Origin: Candidatus Omnitrophota bacterium
GTDB taxonomy: Bacteria; Omnitrophota; Gorgyraeia; Zapsychrales; Fredricksoniimonadaceae
Assembly: GCA_030650275.1 (NCBI GenBank)
Contig: JAUSEK010000012.1
Location: 472-64,471, forward strand
DNA: 64,000 nucleotides
Reading direction: 5' to 3'
Made by a program: the position numbers and the translations under genes. Below, one piece after another: positions 60,354 to 64,000 of this stretch. The first letter of the stretch is position 1. Every line of letters starts with the position of its first letter. The notes under the pieces are model-generated. The model saw only the letters and a program-made list of their open reading frames with translations. It had not been told where the DNA came from and searched no databases.

Positions 60354-60566
60354 ATGACCATAAAAAGCATAGAAAAAAATATTTTGCAATTACCGCCGAA
60401 GGAACGTATCCATATCGTTGAGCATGTATTGGCCAGCTTAAATACCCCTGATCAAAAAATAGAAAAATTATGGGTTGCTGAATCTGAAAAAAGATATGCT
60501 GCCTATAAATCCGGAAAAATTAAACCCATCAGCCTGCAAAGCATTAAAAAACGCTTCGCGCGATGA
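60354..60566 (+). CDS. type II antitoxin (putative addiction-module component family paired with RelE/ParE toxins)
   Basis: 70-aa ORF with LPPKERIHIVEHVLASL...KLWVAESEKRYAAYKSGK, matching the short antitoxins that precede ParE/RelE toxins. 4-nt overlap with the toxin gene. Confidence 0.7.
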   Translation: MTIKSIEKNILQLPPKERIHIVEHVLASLNTPDQKIEKLWVAESEKRYAAYKSGKIKPISLQSIKKRFAR

Positions 60567-60853
60567 ATATTATTTTTCTTCCCCCCTCTGATCAAGAGCT
60601 CCTTGAGGCCATTGAATTCTACGAACTTCAACTTCCTGGGCTTGGGTATGCTTTCACTGAAGAATTCTTTGAAACATTGGAATTCATTCGGAAATTCCCA
60701 AACGGATGGCAAAAAGTCAGTCGCCATACCCATAAATGTCCATTGCGTAGGTTCCCTTATCTAATTCTTTACGCTGTCGAAGAAATTCAAATAGTCATCA
60801 CCGCTGTTGCCCATCAACACAGACGCCCATCTTCCTACCTTGACCGTAAATAA
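60563..60853 (+). CDS. RelE/ParE-family toxin
   Basis: 96-aa ORF with a RelE/ParE-fold pattern and C-terminal basic residues. AT-rich coding sequence. Confidence 0.75.
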   Translation: MNIIFLPPSDQELLEAIEFYELQLPGLGYAFTEEFFETLEFIRKFPNGWQKVSRHTHKCPLRRFPYLILYAVEEIQIVITAVAHQHRRPSSYLDRK

Positions 60854-60880
60854 AAACGGGGGAGTTTTTTCAACAAAAAA

Positions 60881-60917
60881 GCCCCGAACTAAAAAAGTTC
60901 AGGGCTTTCTCTAATAA
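60881..60917 (+). terminator. intrinsic terminator with nested inverted repeats
   Basis: GCCCCGAAC-TAAAAAA-GTTCAGGGC followed by TTTCTCT, nested inside the outer inverted repeat GGGGGAGTTTTTT / AAAAAACTCCCC. Confidence 0.5.
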
Positions 60918-60972
60918 AAAACTCCCCGGGGTTGACACAAAACGCATAGTACGCAAGCTGGCGCAACATAAT

Positions 60973-61371
60973 GTGGTTCAACTACTTGTGAAAATGTATA
61001 AATATCCGGGAAGAGGCACAACCATCGTTTTTGACCAACCTTTGGCCGCCCGTAAACTCCCTCCGCCAAAAACACTCAAGAATCTTATCACGGAAGCGAT
61101 GAAATTTCACGATTATTTAGCCGAAGATACTCAAAGAACATTTTTTGATGCCAGCCGCGAATTCAAGGTCACTCGGTCTTGGATATCCCAGCTGATGAAG
61201 ATAGCCAATGCCCTGCCAACCAACTTCCTCAAAGACATGAAATCCTGCACCGATCAAACTACCATCAAACGCTTTTCCGGCAAGACCCTAATGCACATCG
61301 CGAAACTCAAAACCCCTCAAGAACGGCAAACCACTATCAATAACTTATTAAGCGACTCCGCTTCAATATGA
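60973..61371 (+). CDS. hypothetical protein with a ParB/KorB-like HTH (lacks the N-terminal ParB/Srx domain)
   Basis: 132-aa ORF; FKVTRSWISQLMKIANALP resembles the ParB HTH. Low GC. Confidence 0.4.
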   Translation: MVQLLVKMYKYPGRGTTIVFDQPLAARKLPPPKTLKNLITEAMKFHDYLAEDTQRTFFDASREFKVTRSWISQLMKIANALPTNFLKDMKSCTDQTTIKRFSGKTLMHIAKLKTPQERQTTINNLLSDSASI

Positions 61372-61498
61372 GTCCGACTTAAGACTTGGGTATAATCTTC
61401 TGACCACCCTATCTGACCACCTGCCTGATCTTTCAAGACCGTGCTTTTTCAACCCATAGCTAATCGTGCCATAATCATGCCACAATCGCGCCTTTATA

Positions 61499-61531
61499 CC
61501 TGACGCAAATCTGACGCAAATCTGACGCAAG
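61499..61531. repeat. three tandem 11-bp direct repeats (CTGACGCAAAT)
   Basis: CTGACGCAAATCTGACGCAAATCTGACGCAAG. Nearby duplicated TCTGACCACC motifs at 61411-61434. Confidence 0.6.
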
Positions 61532-61534
61532 CTT

Positions 61535-62908
61535 TTAGCTGTTTTTTAAAATATAATGCGTAGTTTTCCCTACACCCTGTTTTTTGATAATCTTTAAACC
61601 TATCAACCGCTTTAATAATTGATTAGCAGTTTCACGGGTTATCTTAAACATCTTTTGAATCTCTCCGCTACCAATCTGTTTATTAGCAACTATATGCTCG
61701 ATAACCTTACTTTCTCTCTCAGTTAAACTAAATTGTGTTAGATATCCTTCTGTGATCTTTGTCTTTCGTAACGTAACGACAATGCTACTTCCAGCGTATT
61801 CAAATTCCGGCTCTGGCAATCCCCATTCCTTACACCATGAAATTATTTTATTAGTTCCTGTTCCAACCTCTTCAGCATATCCAATCCGGAAAAATGCTGT
61901 GGCAATTGAAGGATTTACCGGTTTTGATTCATGCGTTTGTTTTAATGTTGCCGTAGTCCAACCTTGCGGCAGATGTCCCGGATTCCAGAACTCCATACGG
62001 TCATCAAATATCCTGATCTGTACTTTTGAAGTGGTTCTATAGTCTCGGTGTGCCAAAGCATTTGATAATATTTCTCTAATAGCTTTGGGCGGATACAGCC
62101 ATTTTTCCTGCCGTTCTAATTTTCCCGATTCAATCCATGCACGCATTGGAATATGATCAAAAATAAATTTTTCTGCTTCCTTTACAAGTCTGATGACATC
62201 TGCGTTGACTGGCTTTAAATCTATCATTTCCCCCGCTACATCCACTCCTTTAAACCTGATGCATTTTACTTCCAACTGTTCAAAAAACTTTTCTGGATTT
62301 TTTCCAAACAAAAGAACCGCACCATTAGTCAGCTTACCGTTATTAAGCAACTTAAGCTGTGTTAATATCGCTTTCAGCGATCCATTCTCGTCAACATCAA
62401 GGTCACGTTTCTTTTTGGCAGACAATACAAAATTCTTAACTTTTGTAATATCAATATCTGTTAACGACGATCCTTTGCAAATTTCATTATCAAAATGATG
62501 CGATTCTTTGTATTTTTCCAGAATCAACCCTTCGTATTCATCCTTGCCCATCTGCCGGGTTGAGGGCCCCACACGCTTATACGGCCTACCATCCGCCAAG
62601 ACCAATTTATCTTTGGACTGTTTAACCTCAATGACAATTATTTGTTTACCTTTAATCTTTTTCACAGTGATCTTCGGCTGGATTCTTGGATCCGTGTGCT
62701 GGGCAATACGATTGACTAAATCTTCAACAGTGCCTTTGCCGATCTGAACACCCTGAACCTCTCCAGTCTTTGATACGCCCACAAGCAACCGCCCACCCTC
62801 GGTATTAGCGAAGGCCGTTATACTTTCAACGATCTCATGAATTTGAGACAGTGACGGCTTCCATTCAATTATCGTTGATTCACTAGAACCAATTAATTTT
62901 AATGACAT
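61535..62908 (-). CDS. AlbA_2 (Schlafen-like) / HATPase_c_4 / C-terminal HTH protein (often mis-annotated as a RecG-like or ATP-dependent DNA helicase-related transcriptional regulator)
   Basis: 457-aa ORF with an N-terminal ESxxxEWK...AFANTxGGxLxxGV AlbA_2 signature, a central ATPase-like region and a C-terminal winged HTH. AT-rich. Confidence 0.7.
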   Translation of the reverse strand: MSLKLIGSSESTIIEWKPSLSQIHEIVESITAFANTEGGRLLVGVSKTGEVQGVQIGKGTVEDLVNRIAQHTDPRIQPKITVKKIKGKQIIVIEVKQSKDKLVLADGRPYKRVGPSTRQMGKDEYEGLILEKYKESHHFDNEICKGSSLTDIDITKVKNFVLSAKKKRDLDVDENGSLKAILTQLKLLNNGKLTNGAVLLFGKNPEKFFEQLEVKCIRFKGVDVAGEMIDLKPVNADVIRLVKEAEKFIFDHIPMRAWIESGKLERQEKWLYPPKAIREILSNALAHRDYRTTSKVQIRIFDDRMEFWNPGHLPQGWTTATLKQTHESKPVNPSIATAFFRIGYAEEVGTGTNKIISWCKEWGLPEPEFEYAGSSIVVTLRKTKITEGYLTQFSLTERESKVIEHIVANKQIGSGEIQKMFKITRETANQLLKRLIGLKIIKKQGVGKTTHYILKNS

Positions 62909-63031
62909 TATGCCCCCTACCCGCTTTAACCTCGGCGGTGAATTTCTTGAATTCGATTGTTTCGGATTCTTTATGCATTAGATTTCCTAATTTACCCGTA
63001 AATTATGTTACACGTCTATGATCATATTTTA

Positions 63032-63868
63032 TTACTTTTTTGTTCGAAGAACTAAAATGCTATCATCCATAAGAACTACACCTGCTGGCTCTCCACGCAT
63101 AACTGCAATCTTATTCCATATCCACTTATCTTCAATGCCTGCAATCTTTTTCTTTCCCTTCATTCGAATTCCATAAACAGTCCATCCTGCATCTTTTAGA
63201 ACTTCGAGCGTTTTTGAAATACCCACTACTGATCGCATTTGATCAGGAACCTCTATATCATCCCAAATATCACCCAAATCACGCAATTCTTGAATAAAAC
63301 CGCCCACAAGATCAATTTCTAAATCGCTATTTGGTTCATCATTAAAAAAATACGAAAAATGACAACCGATTACAACGTCAACAATTTCTCTACCAGTGGT
63401 TAATCGAGGCATTACGACCATCCGCTTCTGCCATGCTTCCAGTATTCCGGGCTTAATTACTTCGATCAGTTTGGGCACAACAATATTAATACCATCTTCC
63501 CATTTACAAGCTATCCGATCCGCTAAAATATGCGAAGAAGATCGGACATTCTTTTCATCAATCCCAACCCAAACAGGAAGAATGACTTTCTCTCCGTTCA
63601 CTTCTTTTTGCGCCAATCCGTCTAATTCAAGATTTGTATAATGTTTATCAAAGAAAGCTGTTGATAAAATCACTATGCCATACCGGCTTTTATTCAAGCC
63701 ATCGTCTATCTTACGACGAAGACTATCTCCAATCTTTAGATCAAACTGATCAAACCATACACTTATACCCAAAGAAGACAACAGCTGAGCAAGCGGCTTT
63801 GCAACCGTTTCTCGATCTTCTGATGCATAAGAAATAAAAACATCTTTCTCAACTATTGATGAATTCAT
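63032..63868 (-). CDS. TIR-domain protein with an uncharacterised C-terminal domain of about 140 aa
   Basis: 278-aa ORF. The N-terminal DVFISYASEDRE...WFD TIR signature is followed by ILSTAFFDKHYTNLELDGL. About 38% GC. Confidence 0.8.
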   Translation of the reverse strand: MNSSIVEKDVFISYASEDRETVAKPLAQLLSSLGISVWFDQFDLKIGDSLRRKIDDGLNKSRYGIVILSTAFFDKHYTNLELDGLAQKEVNGEKVILPVWVGIDEKNVRSSSHILADRIACKWEDGINIVVPKLIEVIKPGILEAWQKRMVVMPRLTTGREIVDVVIGCHFSYFFNDEPNSDLEIDLVGGFIQELRDLGDIWDDIEVPDQMRSVVGISKTLEVLKDAGWTVYGIRMKGKKKIAGIEDKWIWNKIAVMRGEPAGVVLMDDSILVLRTKK

Positions 63869-64000
63869 AGTTTGCGACTTCAGTTTTCTTATTTGTTAAT
63901 GTCGCAAGAAATCTAATCGTACTCGTGACATGATTAAAAATTAAAAGGCTCTCATTATAATTTAATACCGGATTATCATGAGCCAAACTTTGATTATTTC

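Overview
This 64-kb window is a bacterial chromosomal segment of roughly 50% GC, and almost every gene from 8 to 48461 is on the minus strand. Four observations look most interesting:

- A non-canonical type II polyketide synthase-like locus (11635-29179) sits directly upstream of the rRNA operon.
- A tRNA-like gene (15482-15555) lies on the opposite strand inside that locus, with its own sigma70 promoter, two terminators and downstream segments complementary to its expanded loop.
- Two short palindromic repeat families are present, and one copy is embedded in-frame in a coding region.
- An AT-rich accessory island at the 3' end (about 60.2-64.0 kb) carries a toxin-antitoxin pair, a ParB-like HTH fragment, iteron-like repeats, an AlbA_2/Schlafen-like ATPase and a TIR-domain protein, which together suggest an undescribed defence module.

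Features from start to end:

- **Fatty-acid and housekeeping block (8-6159).** The conserved yceD-rpmF-plsX-fabH operon is followed by coaD, rsmD, recG and a small hypothetical protein.
- **rRNA operon (6250-11466, minus strand).** Order is 16S, tRNA-Ile, tRNA-Ala, 23S, 5S, ending in an intrinsic terminator.
- **Co-directional biosynthetic locus (11635-29179, minus strand).**
  - An adenylate-forming ligase sits at the 5' end.
  - The polyketide core is a ketosynthase, a catalytically dead chain-length-factor-like partner (Cys to Arg), an acyl carrier protein and three cyclase-type proteins.
  - Tailoring and export genes are a short-chain dehydrogenase, a ketopantoate-reductase-like enzyme, an amidohydrolase_2 (aromatic-acid decarboxylase-like) enzyme and an MFS exporter.
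  - A B12-binding radical-SAM enzyme is next to what looks like a complete 5'-deoxynucleoside salvage module (phosphorylase, MtnA isomerase plus a truncated MtnA paralog, class II aldolase fused to an SCP2-like domain, aldehyde dehydrogenase).
- **Mobile flank (29280-31121).** A BrnT/BrnA toxin-antitoxin pair sits beside an IS3-family element with recognisable terminal inverted repeats.
- **Mixed housekeeping and envelope genes (31248-49680).** These include a PadR operon, hldD, a REC-EAL regulator, folA-thyA, glgP, a GT2/TPP-enzyme/methyltransferase/SDR set, terC, moaC, arfB, gpmI and a CHASE2 protein.
- **Two-partner secretion pair (50096-58442).** A 2161-aa TpsA exoprotein carries exact internal tandem repeats and an unusual C-terminus; its TpsB transporter is adjacent.
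- **Tail of the window (58526-63868).** An MFS transporter and a small membrane protein precede the AT-rich island.

No CRISPR array or prophage was seen. All domain and family calls rest on my own reading of motifs in the translated ORFs; no database search was run.
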